A DNA stretch of 47,713 bases from Promethearchaeota archaeon (lineage in GTDB: Archaea; Asgardarchaeota; Lokiarchaeia; Sigyniarchaeales; SOKP01): assembly GCA_048941015.1 (NCBI GenBank), contig JBHLNZ010000020.1, positions 1 to 47,713 on the forward strand. The letters run 5' to 3'. The position numbers and the translations under genes are program-made. Below the pieces are notes generated by a model. That model was given only the letters and a program-made list of their open reading frames with translations, was not told where the DNA came from and did no database searches. Shown here piece by piece: positions 18,823 to 28,368 of this stretch (the first letter of the stretch is position 1; every line of letters begins with the position of its first letter).

Positions 18823-18993
18823 GTGATTGAAGAAAAAATATCACGTTATAAGAATAGCATCGCAACTGCAAAAGTGATATCTAAAAATCCGTATGCAGAT
18901 CATGCATATTATGAAAATTTAATTTCGAGATTTGAGAAAATCTTAAAATTTTATGAAAATTTAAAGATTTCGAAGAGTTTAAAAGAAAATTAA
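18823..18993 (+). CDS. Small hypothetical protein (56 aa, not in ORF track)
   Basis: From GTG: MIEEKISRYKNSIATAKVISKNPYADHAYYENLISRFEKILKFYENLKISKSLKEN; amphipathic, fills the gap. Confidence 0.45.
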   Translation: MIEEKISRYKNSIATAKVISKNPYADHAYYENLISRFEKILKFYENLKISKSLKEN

Positions 18994-19019
18994 AAAAAAT
19001 TGCTTTAGATTAATTTCTA

Positions 19020-19610
19020 TTATTTAAAAAGATTTATATCAAATTCATTTTTTAAAATTTCAAAAATTCTATGCATAGGGAGACCTATAACATTCGTAGG
19101 AGAACCATTGATAGTCTTAATAAATAAGCTAGCTTTATCTTTGATTGAATAGGCTCCTGCTCTACCCTGCCATTCATCATTCTTTATATAATTCCAAATT
19201 TCATCATCAGTTAAATTTAGGAATTCTACAGATGTTATGGAATAATCAACTATTATTTTCGGGTTATTAGTCTCTGTTATTGCAAATCCAGTAATGAGAT
19301 TATGAGACGTATTATTTAATTTTTTTAATATATTAAATGCCTCAGTTTCATTGTTAGCCTTTCCAATAATTTCTCCATTGAGTTCAATAAGGGTATCCGC
19401 AGCGATGATAATCGAATTTCTTTTTAATTTTTGTTTAACATCTAAGACTTTAGCTTTCGCCAATTCTATTACTAATTTAAAAGGATCTAGAATTTTTTCC
19501 TTGTATGTTTCTTCATCGATAGTAGCAACTACAACTTCAATTGGAATTTTTACTTTCTTAAGAAGATCTCTACGATCAATTGATTTTGAAGCTAATACAA
19601 TATTTTTCAT
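19020..19610 (-). CDS. maf: Maf-family nucleoside triphosphate pyrophosphatase
   Basis: IVLASKS..R..LL, IAADT, IIGK, RAGAY, NVIGLP. Confidence 0.9.
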   Translation of the reverse strand: MKNIVLASKSIDRRDLLKKVKIPIEVVVATIDEETYKEKILDPFKLVIELAKAKVLDVKQKLKRNSIIIAADTLIELNGEIIGKANNETEAFNILKKLNNTSHNLITGFAITETNNPKIIVDYSITSVEFLNLTDDEIWNYIKNDEWQGRAGAYSIKDKASLFIKTINGSPTNVIGLPMHRIFEILKNEFDINLFK

Positions 19611-19738
19611 TTGAAGAGATCAGAACTTAAGATATTTTTTATATCAAATACTTTTAATTTTAAATCAATTGTACATTTTATAATATTTTATATATAATTT
19701 TACGATATGATTAATTAAAAGAAATTTTATAAAATGAT

Positions 19739-20845
19739 ATGCAATTTTTTTTCTTTTGGTTTTTATTAATATTTTTCGCATTTTTACTAATATTATATTA
19801 TTTCTTAAAATTTTTGGATGAGAATAGTAAACTAAACAATTTTTTTGGGTTTTTTGCTATTTTTCTTGTCTTTACTCATGTTATAATGTTTCTTTTATTA
19901 ATTTTTCAAGAAATTTCCCTTGTTTCAGGCATCATAAAGCTATGGAGTTTGTCTTTAGGTTTACCTATATTAATAATTGGCGGATTAATTATAATTTCAA
20001 CAGTATTTGCGCATTTTTTCAAATATATGTTTAAAAAGAGAGATTTTACATCATTTGGAAATAAAATAAGGACTAGTTTAAATGAAAAAAGTAAACTTAG
20101 GAATGATACTTATCGTAAAATACCACACATTCTCATATTTGTCGGTTTATTTATATTGTGGTATATTGGTATAATTTTTGTAAGAAATGTAACTGGAACT
20201 ACGGAAGGAATGATCCCTATTGAAAATAATATGCTTTATTTATATTTACGGTTACTTACAGAGCCTGATAGTATTATAGAGGTCCTTTTTTCATTAGGTT
20301 GGTTTTACTATCTACTGTTCTTCTTCTTTTATATATTCTGTCTTTGTATGTTAGCAAATGAATATACCCGTAAGTCAAAAAGAGTCTATTTTTTATTCAA
20401 CTTTTTTTGTACTATTTTCCTTTGTGATGAGGAAAAAAGGGGATATGGAACATATCTCTATTTTGGTATTGGTCAATTATTTACCGCTTTTTTATGCCCT
20501 CCTATGGTTTTATTTACGATTTTAGGGATAAGTTCAATAGCAGATTTAATGACAAGTCAGATTGGTATTAAATTTGGAAAGAATCATATAAAATGGAATG
20601 AAGATAAAACATGGGAAGGAACACTTGCTGGTACAATAAGTTGCTTTATTATAACTTTATTTTTTATGGGAGTTATCTGGGGTTTAATTTTTTCTACGGC
20701 ATTTCTTATTTTTGATATAATGACTAGAAAACCAATCAATATATCAGACAATCTGTTAGTTCCAATTGGATTAACAATAATTTTTGTATTTATTAGATTT
20801 TATTTTAATTTAAATTACTTCACTATTATATTAACTTGGATTTGA
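19739..20845 (+). CDS. CTP-dependent polyprenol/diacylglycerol kinase family (dolichol/phytol kinase-like)
   Basis: RKIPH, ADL...IG.KFG, KTWEG, ISDNL; multi-TM. Confidence 0.75.
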   Translation: MQFFFFWFLLIFFAFLLILYYFLKFLDENSKLNNFFGFFAIFLVFTHVIMFLLLIFQEISLVSGIIKLWSLSLGLPILIIGGLIIISTVFAHFFKYMFKKRDFTSFGNKIRTSLNEKSKLRNDTYRKIPHILIFVGLFILWYIGIIFVRNVTGTTEGMIPIENNMLYLYLRLLTEPDSIIEVLFSLGWFYYLLFFFFYIFCLCMLANEYTRKSKRVYFLFNFFCTIFLCDEEKRGYGTYLYFGIGQLFTAFLCPPMVLFTILGISSIADLMTSQIGIKFGKNHIKWNEDKTWEGTLAGTISCFIITLFFMGVIWGLIFSTAFLIFDIMTRKPINISDNLLVPIGLTIIFVFIRFYFNLNYFTIILTWI

Positions 20846-20909
20846 TTAGCCTAAATAAATTTAGAATCATATTTTATATTTGTAAAAATTTTTAAATAAT
20901 TAGATTTTA

Positions 20910-21953
20910 TTGATAAAAGAAATGTATTATTTACCGACGAGTTTTATCTTTTTTGGATATGCATTTTTTACTTTGTTATATATAATAAGAAAAAGAGAAG
21001 AAAAGATTCAAAAACATTTATTTGTAAATGAATTGCTAATTGTATTGTTGTTTATTAATGCAGGAATTATGTTTCCTTTTATGTATCAATTTAACTCGCC
21101 TCTACTATCTAAAGATACCTTAAATTTTTTATGGTTTTTATCATCTTTATTTTTTTTGATTGAAATGGGAGTCTGGGCCATAACACTCATATATAATTAT
21201 GTGATTTCAAAAAAAAATCCTGTAATTATGGGTGAAAGAGATTATAAGAAATATTGTGATAAATTCATTGAAAATTGGACTGATGATTTGAAAAGTGAAT
21301 TCGGAAGAAAAATGTTACATTTATTTACATCTGCTGTTATATTTTTTTTCTGGACTATAGGGGGTTTGCTTGAAAATTATGGAATTTTAGAACAATTTGG
21401 ATTAGATATATATAGTTTTTCGTATTGGTGGATTATTACCATTGGATTTGCTTTTGTGTTTATGTTTCAAATTGCAGATTTAGCTAGATTAAATAGATTT
21501 TATATGCTTCCAAACTGGGCTAAATTTTGGTTTTTATCTATGAGAAAGGAAGAATTAGACACTTTTATTGGTTCTACACCGTTAGTATTATCATTTGTTC
21601 CTTTTATTTTTGCACCATTTCCAATATTTGCAGCAGTAGCATTAATCACGACAGGAGCAGACGCAATAGCTTGTTTAATAGGGAAAAAATTCGGAAAATA
21701 TAATTTAAAAAAGGATTCTAAAAAGACAATTGAAGGATTTATTGGCGGTGGAATTAGTACCTTTTTAATAGTCATTATAATAATGATTCTATATAATAAT
21801 TGGATCTCTATAGACTTAATAAAAATTATTTTAATGGCAATTATCGCAATGATAATCTTTTTATTAATAGATTTTTACACGGTAAATATTTCGGATAACA
21901 TTTTAAATCCTATTTTTACAGGTTTAGCAATGTGGGTAATCTTTTTAATCTGA
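20910..21953 (+). CDS. CTP-dependent polyprenol/diacylglycerol kinase family, second paralog
   Basis: RKMLH, GADA.A.LIGKKFG, KTIEG, ISDNI. Confidence 0.75.
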   Translation: MIKEMYYLPTSFIFFGYAFFTLLYIIRKREEKIQKHLFVNELLIVLLFINAGIMFPFMYQFNSPLLSKDTLNFLWFLSSLFFLIEMGVWAITLIYNYVISKKNPVIMGERDYKKYCDKFIENWTDDLKSEFGRKMLHLFTSAVIFFFWTIGGLLENYGILEQFGLDIYSFSYWWIITIGFAFVFMFQIADLARLNRFYMLPNWAKFWFLSMRKEELDTFIGSTPLVLSFVPFIFAPFPIFAAVALITTGADAIACLIGKKFGKYNLKKDSKKTIEGFIGGGISTFLIVIIIMILYNNWISIDLIKIILMAIIAMIIFLLIDFYTVNISDNILNPIFTGLAMWVIFLI

Positions 21954-21960
21954 GTAGAAA

Positions 21961-22254
21961 TTATCCACCAAAATATAAATATAGGAATGCGATATCATCG
22001 CCATCTTTTAGTATTGTTTTTAAGAAATTTTCATCCCTATAACTCCGACCATTAATAATAATTGATAAAAAAGAACTAAACTCTTCAGGTTTTTTTTTAT
22101 CCCACAAAAGTTCCTTAAATTTCTCGCCATATTTTGAGTAAAAGTACTCAAATAATTCCTTTAAAGTTAATTCTTTTTCTAATTGTAGAATATCGTTTGT
22201 CTTTTTTGTAACTTCATTAAATGGAGGCTCAAATCTCAATTTTAAAGAAATCAT
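21961..22254 (-). CDS. MoaD/ThiS/SAMP ubiquitin-like protein
   Basis: IIINGR...T.LKDGDDIAFL...GG terminus; probable start ATG 22254. Confidence 0.85.
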   Translation of the reverse strand: MISLKLRFEPPFNEVTKKTNDILQLEKELTLKELFEYFYSKYGEKFKELLWDKKKPEEFSSFLSIIINGRSYRDENFLKTILKDGDDIAFLYLYFGG

Positions 22255-22440
22255 ATTAAAAATCCCCTTTATCTTATGTTTAGTTTGCAAAAATGATATA
22301 TTTTTAAGAATATAAAATTTTGACGGTAATGTTTTTTAATCAAATTAAAATATTGGTTTTAAAAGATATTAAAGTTTTAACAAGAAATTTATAAAAAAAA
22401 TATATACCTTTCGTTTATTAAGTAAATTGAGGTATATGTT

Positions 22441-23454
22441 ATGGCTCAAGTAATTTTCATTTCTAAAAAAGATGTACGCGATGCGTGGTTAACAGCTTTA
22501 ACTGAGGTTCTATATAATGGAGATGATATTAAAACAGAATATGATAAACCTGGAGATCCCTTATCTAAGGATGCTTCAGTACTAATTGAAATTAAAGAGC
22601 CTATGAGCAATCCAATTAAACGAAATGATAAATTAATGTCAATAAAAACTAAGTATGGAAATTCTTTTGAGATTTATGGTTGTATAGCAGATACATATTT
22701 AATTGGCTCAATACAAAGTGGATATATAGAGGAGATTATGGAAGGAGTCAATGATCATTACATTTGGGATTCAGGTTCGAGTTTTCCATATTCTTATCAT
22801 GATAGAATATATAATTATTCTCCATTTTCATTAGAAGATACTATTCATGTGGATTATGATTTAGAGATAGTAGATAAAAATTTCGTAAAAAACCACCAAA
22901 AACTAATAAATGCAGGCAAGATTCAAAAAAGTAATGATTCGACTATATGGAAATTGAAAAATCTTGTTGAATTTGACTTAGAAAAACCATTACACGAACA
23001 AATTGGAATTAGTAAAATCCCGATTGGAATTGTCAATTTTCCTAAACTTAATCAAATAGAATATATTATACAAAAGTTAAAAGAAAAACCTTATTCTAGG
23101 AGAGCTCAAGCAATAACATGGAGACCTCTTGTTGATCCTTTTCATATTGATCCGCCCTGTCTTCAAAGAATTTATATGAGAATAAAAGAAGATAAATTAA
23201 TTATGCAAACAACGTGGAGGAGTAGGGATCTTTTTCGAGCTTGGGAAGCTAATGTGAACGGGATGATAAGAATTCAAAAATATGTTGCCGAAGAGCTAGG
23301 GGTAGAAATTGGTCATTACTTAGATTTTAGTAATTCACTGCATATATATGGAAATACAATTTCAGAAGTTAAAGATATGTTATTACGGATGCGAAATAAA
23401 GGAGAGGATTTTCCCCATGAAGCGAATGAATTATTAAAAAAAGATGGGATTTAA
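22441..23454 (+). CDS. thyA: Thymidylate synthase, archaeal ThyA type, with insertions
   Basis: YSYHDR, SRRA.A.TW, PPCL (catalytic Cys), RSRD....N, SLHIY. Confidence 0.8.
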   Translation: MAQVIFISKKDVRDAWLTALTEVLYNGDDIKTEYDKPGDPLSKDASVLIEIKEPMSNPIKRNDKLMSIKTKYGNSFEIYGCIADTYLIGSIQSGYIEEIMEGVNDHYIWDSGSSFPYSYHDRIYNYSPFSLEDTIHVDYDLEIVDKNFVKNHQKLINAGKIQKSNDSTIWKLKNLVEFDLEKPLHEQIGISKIPIGIVNFPKLNQIEYIIQKLKEKPYSRRAQAITWRPLVDPFHIDPPCLQRIYMRIKEDKLIMQTTWRSRDLFRAWEANVNGMIRIQKYVAEELGVEIGHYLDFSNSLHIYGNTISEVKDMLLRMRNKGEDFPHEANELLKKDGI

Positions 23455-24212
23455 GTTTCAAAAATTCTTGGAAATACTGTTTTAGTATTTTCATAGATTT
23501 GTCTTTCCAATTTTCCGAGTTGCATATTTTTCAATTGAGAAATTGAAATTAAAACATCTTTTATCATAGAAGGAGTACCAATTTTTCCAGAGTATTTTAC
23601 AGGTCCATCACTTTCTAATAAAAGATGCTCATTATCTATAAGTGTGGCTGTTTTTTTAACAGCTGGAGAATAGGACAAAGCAGGAGTAATAGAGAAGTAA
23701 TATCCCCTGTCCATACCTAATTTTAAATAATCTTCTGGTCCAGAATACCAATGAATATTAATATTGGGAAGATTATATGAAGGAAGGGTATCGAAAACGA
23801 GTTTTTCGGCTCCCTTAGTATGTATATTAACGGGTAATACTAACATCTGAGCCAATAATAACATATTTTCAAAGATTTTTTTCTGTAAAGGGTACAAATC
23901 CTTATCCTTAATAAAATAGTGATCTAAACCTATTTCTCCTATACAACAAATTTTATTTTGATTTTTAGTAATTAGTTCAATAATTGAATCTAATTGATCT
24001 TCTATTTGATTGTTATTTTGAACTTCTTCAGGATGAATTCCTAAAGCAGGATATATGGAATTATATCTTTCAGAAATCTCTAACACTCTTTCCTGGCTGA
24101 TAGTACTCATAGAGACTGCAATAATTTTTTGAACTCCTGCATCATTTGCTTGTTTTATTATTTGATCAAGGGCGAGATACAGATTTGCGTGACAATGGAT
24201 ATCAATAAGCAT
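23451..24212 (-). CDS. tatD: TatD-family hydrolase
   Basis: DIHCH, GIHP, GEIGLD, HWYSG, ESDGP. Confidence 0.9.
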   Translation of the reverse strand: MLIDIHCHANLYLALDQIIKQANDAGVQKIIAVSMSTISQERVLEISERYNSIYPALGIHPEEVQNNNQIEDQLDSIIELITKNQNKICCIGEIGLDHYFIKDKDLYPLQKKIFENMLLLAQMLVLPVNIHTKGAEKLVFDTLPSYNLPNINIHWYSGPEDYLKLGMDRGYYFSITPALSYSPAVKKTATLIDNEHLLLESDGPVKYSGKIGTPSMIKDVLISISQLKNMQLGKLERQIYENTKTVFPRIFET

Positions 24213-24281
24213 AATATAATCATTTGAAAATTTGAGAAAATAATTTTTTAATATCTTTAAAAATAGAATAATTAATATTAT

Positions 24282-24617
24282 TTATAAACTATTTATTTCT
24301 GCTCTTAAATCCACAATTTGTTTAACTAACCTAAATTTACCTCTTGGGTATTCCTTACTATCTAAGTAATTCATTAGTTGATCTAATTCCTTTATTAAAT
24401 AGGTTTTTATATCTTCTTTGGTTACATGCCCTAATATCTTTGGAATAGGCTCAAATCTCTCAGATCGTTTTACTCTTAAATCAGATATCGCCTTTGCGAG
24501 TTGTGCCTGAAATCCTTTTGATTCAGCAGGATCCACACCATCAAGCATATCTAACGAAGTTTTTAATCCTTTAATAAATGCTTCTAAGTCCCTAATGTCT
24601 ACTTGATCTTTATTCAT
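24282..24617 (-). CDS. Hypothetical helical protein
   Basis: 111-aa ORF, ATG start. Confidence 0.55.
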   Translation of the reverse strand: MNKDQVDIRDLEAFIKGLKTSLDMLDGVDPAESKGFQAQLAKAISDLRVKRSERFEPIPKILGHVTKEDIKTYLIKELDQLMNYLDSKEYPRGKFRLVKQIVDLRAEINSL

Positions 24618-24757
24618 CCTAAATACAATAATTTAGTTAATGAAATTCTTATAATTATATTCTAAATCATCATACTTAAATATTATATCTTTTTCAATTA
24701 TTCATTTAAGAATATTTGATTTCTTGTCTGAGTTAATTATTTAATTTGATTTATCTT

Positions 24758-25531
24758 TTAAAAATTGTCGTAATTTTTATTTGAAATCTCATCACATAAA
24801 ACTTCAGCTAAAGTCGACAAGACTACATCTTTCAATTTATCATTATAAAGTCTAATTTTATCTGAAAATTCAATTTGTAGAGTTTGACTATTTCTTATTT
24901 TACTCGCACCATATTGTTTTGTTATATACCCTCCCGTTAAAACATATTCACTTCTCATAGGATGCCCTGGAGCAATTGGGATATTCAAGTTAAGAAACCT
25001 TTTAATAATTTTTCCCCTTATATTTTGTTTCCAAAATTTTCTTGAAACATTATTTTGCAAAATTGTTTTTAAATTATTAGACCCTAAAATTAAATCAACG
25101 TCACGAAAACCTTTAGGTCTTTTATTTTTTTCAAAACCATGAATATCAATCAATAAAGAGGATTTAAAATGCTTTAAATTATTGTTAATTAGTTCTATAA
25201 TCTTTTGATGATAAAATCTATAAATTTCTTTAGCAACTTTTGAATCTTTATTATATGCTTCAGATTCAGGTCTGTTTAAATCAATTTTACTCCGATGTAT
25301 AGTAGAAATTAAATATGAAGGCAAACTGGTTTTAAAATTTCTAATTCTATAAAATTCCTTTATCTTTTTAATTAGAATTAATGCTAATTCTTCAGTCTTT
25401 TTATCTGTACCACTTATCCCATTAGAACGGAAAGGAATACTTTTAATTTTTAAAGTTCCTCCATGCGGAACTGAAATAATTAAGGGAATATCACCTTTAT
25501 GATATTTTATAAAATTTTCAATATTTTTCAT
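24758..25531 (-). CDS. N-formylglutamate amidohydrolase family protein
   Basis: ISVPHGG, R.KIDLNR, YH, IDIHG, GGYIT, QIE. Confidence 0.8.
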   Translation of the reverse strand: MKNIENFIKYHKGDIPLIISVPHGGTLKIKSIPFRSNGISGTDKKTEELALILIKKIKEFYRIRNFKTSLPSYLISTIHRSKIDLNRPESEAYNKDSKVAKEIYRFYHQKIIELINNNLKHFKSSLLIDIHGFEKNKRPKGFRDVDLILGSNNLKTILQNNVSRKFWKQNIRGKIIKRFLNLNIPIAPGHPMRSEYVLTGGYITKQYGASKIRNSQTLQIEFSDKIRLYNDKLKDVVLSTLAEVLCDEISNKNYDNF

Positions 25532-25586
25532 TTTCTAGAATACTTCTATTAATTAGAGAGGTTTAAAATTTAAAGGAAAAAAAAAT

Positions 25587-26033
25587 TTAAGGAGAGAGAG
25601 TTAAAGCCCGAAGAATTACAAAAACACCGAGCCATAATCCAAATCCAACTATTCCAAATATGTAATAAGCCCAGATATTTTTTTCAAAGATAAAATGACA
25701 AAATAACCATGAGCCTATTGCTCCAATTACTCCGCAAATAAGATCACCTATGATATTCTCTAGACTATCAGCACGCCCTTCGAATTTCCAACCAAGATCT
25801 ATAAATAAGAAGTTTTCTAAGATTTCCCATAATATAAGGATGACAAACGTTAAAATGAAAACGAACAACAACGAAAATATTGGCACATTCCCCTTACTTT
25901 TTGGAATTGTGTAGAACAAGCTAAAAAACAAAAAAACACCTATCCCAAAACAAATGTGACCAATTGAAAAGTAATCGAACCATGCTATTCCAACTTGACT
26001 TGGATCTGTTCCAATTAAATCGACAAAAAACAT
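25587..26033 (-). CDS. Membrane protein (D..S.GH / WE..E / D motif family)
   Basis: FDYFSIGH, LWEILEN, N..GD; 4 TM. Confidence 0.6.
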   Translation of the reverse strand: MFFVDLIGTDPSQVGIAWFDYFSIGHICFGIGVFLFFSLFYTIPKSKGNVPIFSLLFVFILTFVILILWEILENFLFIDLGWKFEGRADSLENIIGDLICGVIGAIGSWLFCHFIFEKNIWAYYIFGIVGFGLWLGVFVILRALTLSP

Positions 26034-26125
26034 TATAATTTCACTTTTAAATTAATTACAGATTTAATTTTAATTAAATTTTAAATATATTATAAAAGTA
26101 CATTGAATTAAATTTGTGTTTTTAA

Positions 26126-27409
26126 TTGCGGCAAGATATAATTTTAGTTTTATATTATCAAAAAGAAAATATTTATAGTTTTAATGCGTTAATTGGGGCG
26201 ATAGAAACTATAAATGAATTAGATGATATAAAAGTCTATTTTATTCGGGAAAAGGTTGATCTTATTAAATCTTTAAAGGAATTCTGTAAAAAATTTAATA
26301 AGATAATCGTAGGAATTTCCTTTTTCACTACTCAATTGTGGGAAATATATGACTTAGTTAAAAAATTAAGAAAAGAATTTAAAAATAAGATTTTTTTACT
26401 AGCAGGAGGACCTCATCCTACGGGTGATCCAAGAGGTACACTTAAAATGGGTTTTGATCTAGTAGCGGTAGGAGAAGCAGAAGAAACATTAATTGATATA
26501 CTTAAGAAATTTAAAAAAAAAGAAAAGTTATTAGATATAAAAGGAACAGCATTTCTTGACAATAATAAAGAATATAATTTTGGTGGAAAAAGACCAGTCG
26601 TAGAATTAGATAGATATCCCCCAATTCCTTTAAAAAGTGTAAAATTTGGAGCTATTGAAATTACAAGAGGTTGTCCATATATATGTTATTTCTGCCAAAC
26701 CCCTCATATTTTAGGATCCTATCCAAGACATAGAAGTATTGAATCAATATGTAGAATTGTCAAGTTTATGAAGAAATATAATAAATTAGATATTAGATTT
26801 ATTACTCCGAATGCCTTTTCTTATGGTTCTTCCGATGGTAAAAAATTAAATCTTACTGCACTAGAAAATCTATTGGTTGAAATAAAAAAGATCATTTCTC
26901 CACGAGGAAGAATTTTTTTAGGTTCATTTCCTTCTGAAGTGAGACCAGAACACGTAAATGAAAGAACTTTAGATTTAGTGTTAAAATATGCGGCTAATGA
27001 TAACATCATTATTGGAGCTCAGTCAGGCAGTCAGAAAGTCTTAGATTTGTGTCATAGAGGTCATACTATTCAAGATGTTTACAAAGCAGTCGAATTAACA
27101 ATCGATTCAAAACTTAAAGCAAATGTAGACTTTATTTTCGGTCTACCTCATGAAACTGAAGAAGATATAGATCTCACAATAGAAGTTATAAAAGACCTAG
27201 TAAATATTGGCGCTCGTATCCATACTCATTCTTTTATACCCTTACCTCAAACTGCGTTTTCAAAAATGAGTGTAAAGAAATTGGATAAAAAGTTAAGAGT
27301 TATGATTCAGGAACTTAATTCTAAAGGAATTGCATATGGAGATTGGAAAAAACAAGAAATTTTAGCTCTGAAAATAGCAGACTACCTTAAATCTGATAGA
27401 TTTTCTTAA
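26126..27409 (+). CDS. B12-binding domain radical SAM protein (MJ1487-like)
   Basis: AGGPHPTG, GEAE, EITRGCPYICYFC, GSFPSEVRPE, GAQSGS, DFIFGLP. Confidence 0.88.
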   Translation: MRQDIILVLYYQKENIYSFNALIGAIETINELDDIKVYFIREKVDLIKSLKEFCKKFNKIIVGISFFTTQLWEIYDLVKKLRKEFKNKIFLLAGGPHPTGDPRGTLKMGFDLVAVGEAEETLIDILKKFKKKEKLLDIKGTAFLDNNKEYNFGGKRPVVELDRYPPIPLKSVKFGAIEITRGCPYICYFCQTPHILGSYPRHRSIESICRIVKFMKKYNKLDIRFITPNAFSYGSSDGKKLNLTALENLLVEIKKIISPRGRIFLGSFPSEVRPEHVNERTLDLVLKYAANDNIIIGAQSGSQKVLDLCHRGHTIQDVYKAVELTIDSKLKANVDFIFGLPHETEEDIDLTIEVIKDLVNIGARIHTHSFIPLPQTAFSKMSVKKLDKKLRVMIQELNSKGIAYGDWKKQEILALKIADYLKSDRFS

Positions 27410-27411
27410 TA

Positions 27412-28245
27412 TTATGAGGGAATGAAATATAATTCTCCCTTTTTCTCGATAAAGCCCTCCTTCATTAGGATCTCAAGAACATTTTTCGTCCTATCTGGCT
27501 TTTCCTTTAATTTTTTTATTATGTTTTCTTCTGAAAGTGGTTGTAGTTTTAATAGCATCTTAAGGATTCTTCCTCTTAACTCACGGTTAGAACCTTCAAA
27601 TTTGGATTGCTTTTTGTAATGAGCACTCCTTTTATTTAATTCAGGATGTGTTTTTTTGAGCATAACTCCATAATCCATTAATGCATAATACCATTCACGC
27701 GGATTTTTAAAATCCATAGTTTTTTGAACTAATTTTAGTATTTCATTATCTTTTACTGAATAATTTCCTGGAAAGAAAAAATAGATATAAACACGCCTTA
27801 TATTTGTTTCAATAAAAATAGTTGGAAGATTATAAGCAAATGATGCTATTGATGAAGCAGTATTATGCCCTATTTGTGGAAATGATTGCAGTATTTCAAT
27901 ATCTTTAGGGAGTTTTCCATTATATTCGTTGATAATTCTTTCCGATATTGTTTTTAATGCAATAGCTCTTCTATTATAGCCCAAACCTTGCCAAGCTTTT
28001 AGAACATCTTCAAGTGAAGCATCAGCAAGTTCTTGAAAATTAGAAAATTTTGCAGTAAAGTTTAAAAACTTATCAGAAACTCTTCCAGTTTGAGTTTGCT
28101 GAAGCATAACTTCTGATACTAGAACGTTATATGGTGTAATATTCTTTCTAAAGGGGAACTCTCGCGCATTATTTTTATAATAATTATAGATAATCTCCTG
28201 AAATATTTTAATGATCTCAGGACTCAGTTTTTTTTTTTTATACAA
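27412..28245 (-). CDS. mutY: A/G-specific adenine glycosylase lacking the Fe-S cluster
   Basis: VSEVMLQQTQ, WQGLGYNRRA, HhH, ALMDYG; the protein has no Cys residues. Confidence 0.85.
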   Translation of the reverse strand: MYKKKKLSPEIIKIFQEIIYNYYKNNAREFPFRKNITPYNVLVSEVMLQQTQTGRVSDKFLNFTAKFSNFQELADASLEDVLKAWQGLGYNRRAIALKTISERIINEYNGKLPKDIEILQSFPQIGHNTASSIASFAYNLPTIFIETNIRRVYIYFFFPGNYSVKDNEILKLVQKTMDFKNPREWYYALMDYGVMLKKTHPELNKRSAHYKKQSKFEGSNRELRGRILKMLLKLQPLSEENIIKKLKEKPDRTKNVLEILMKEGFIEKKGELYFIPS

Positions 28246-28368
28246 TTCATGAAATTGTGTAATTAGAATAATTTTGCACCCTAAGCTATATTATGATGTG
28301 AAATAAAAGGCTTTAAATGAATTTTATTTCAATAAAATATAAAAAAAACTACTTATTGAATTCAAGGT

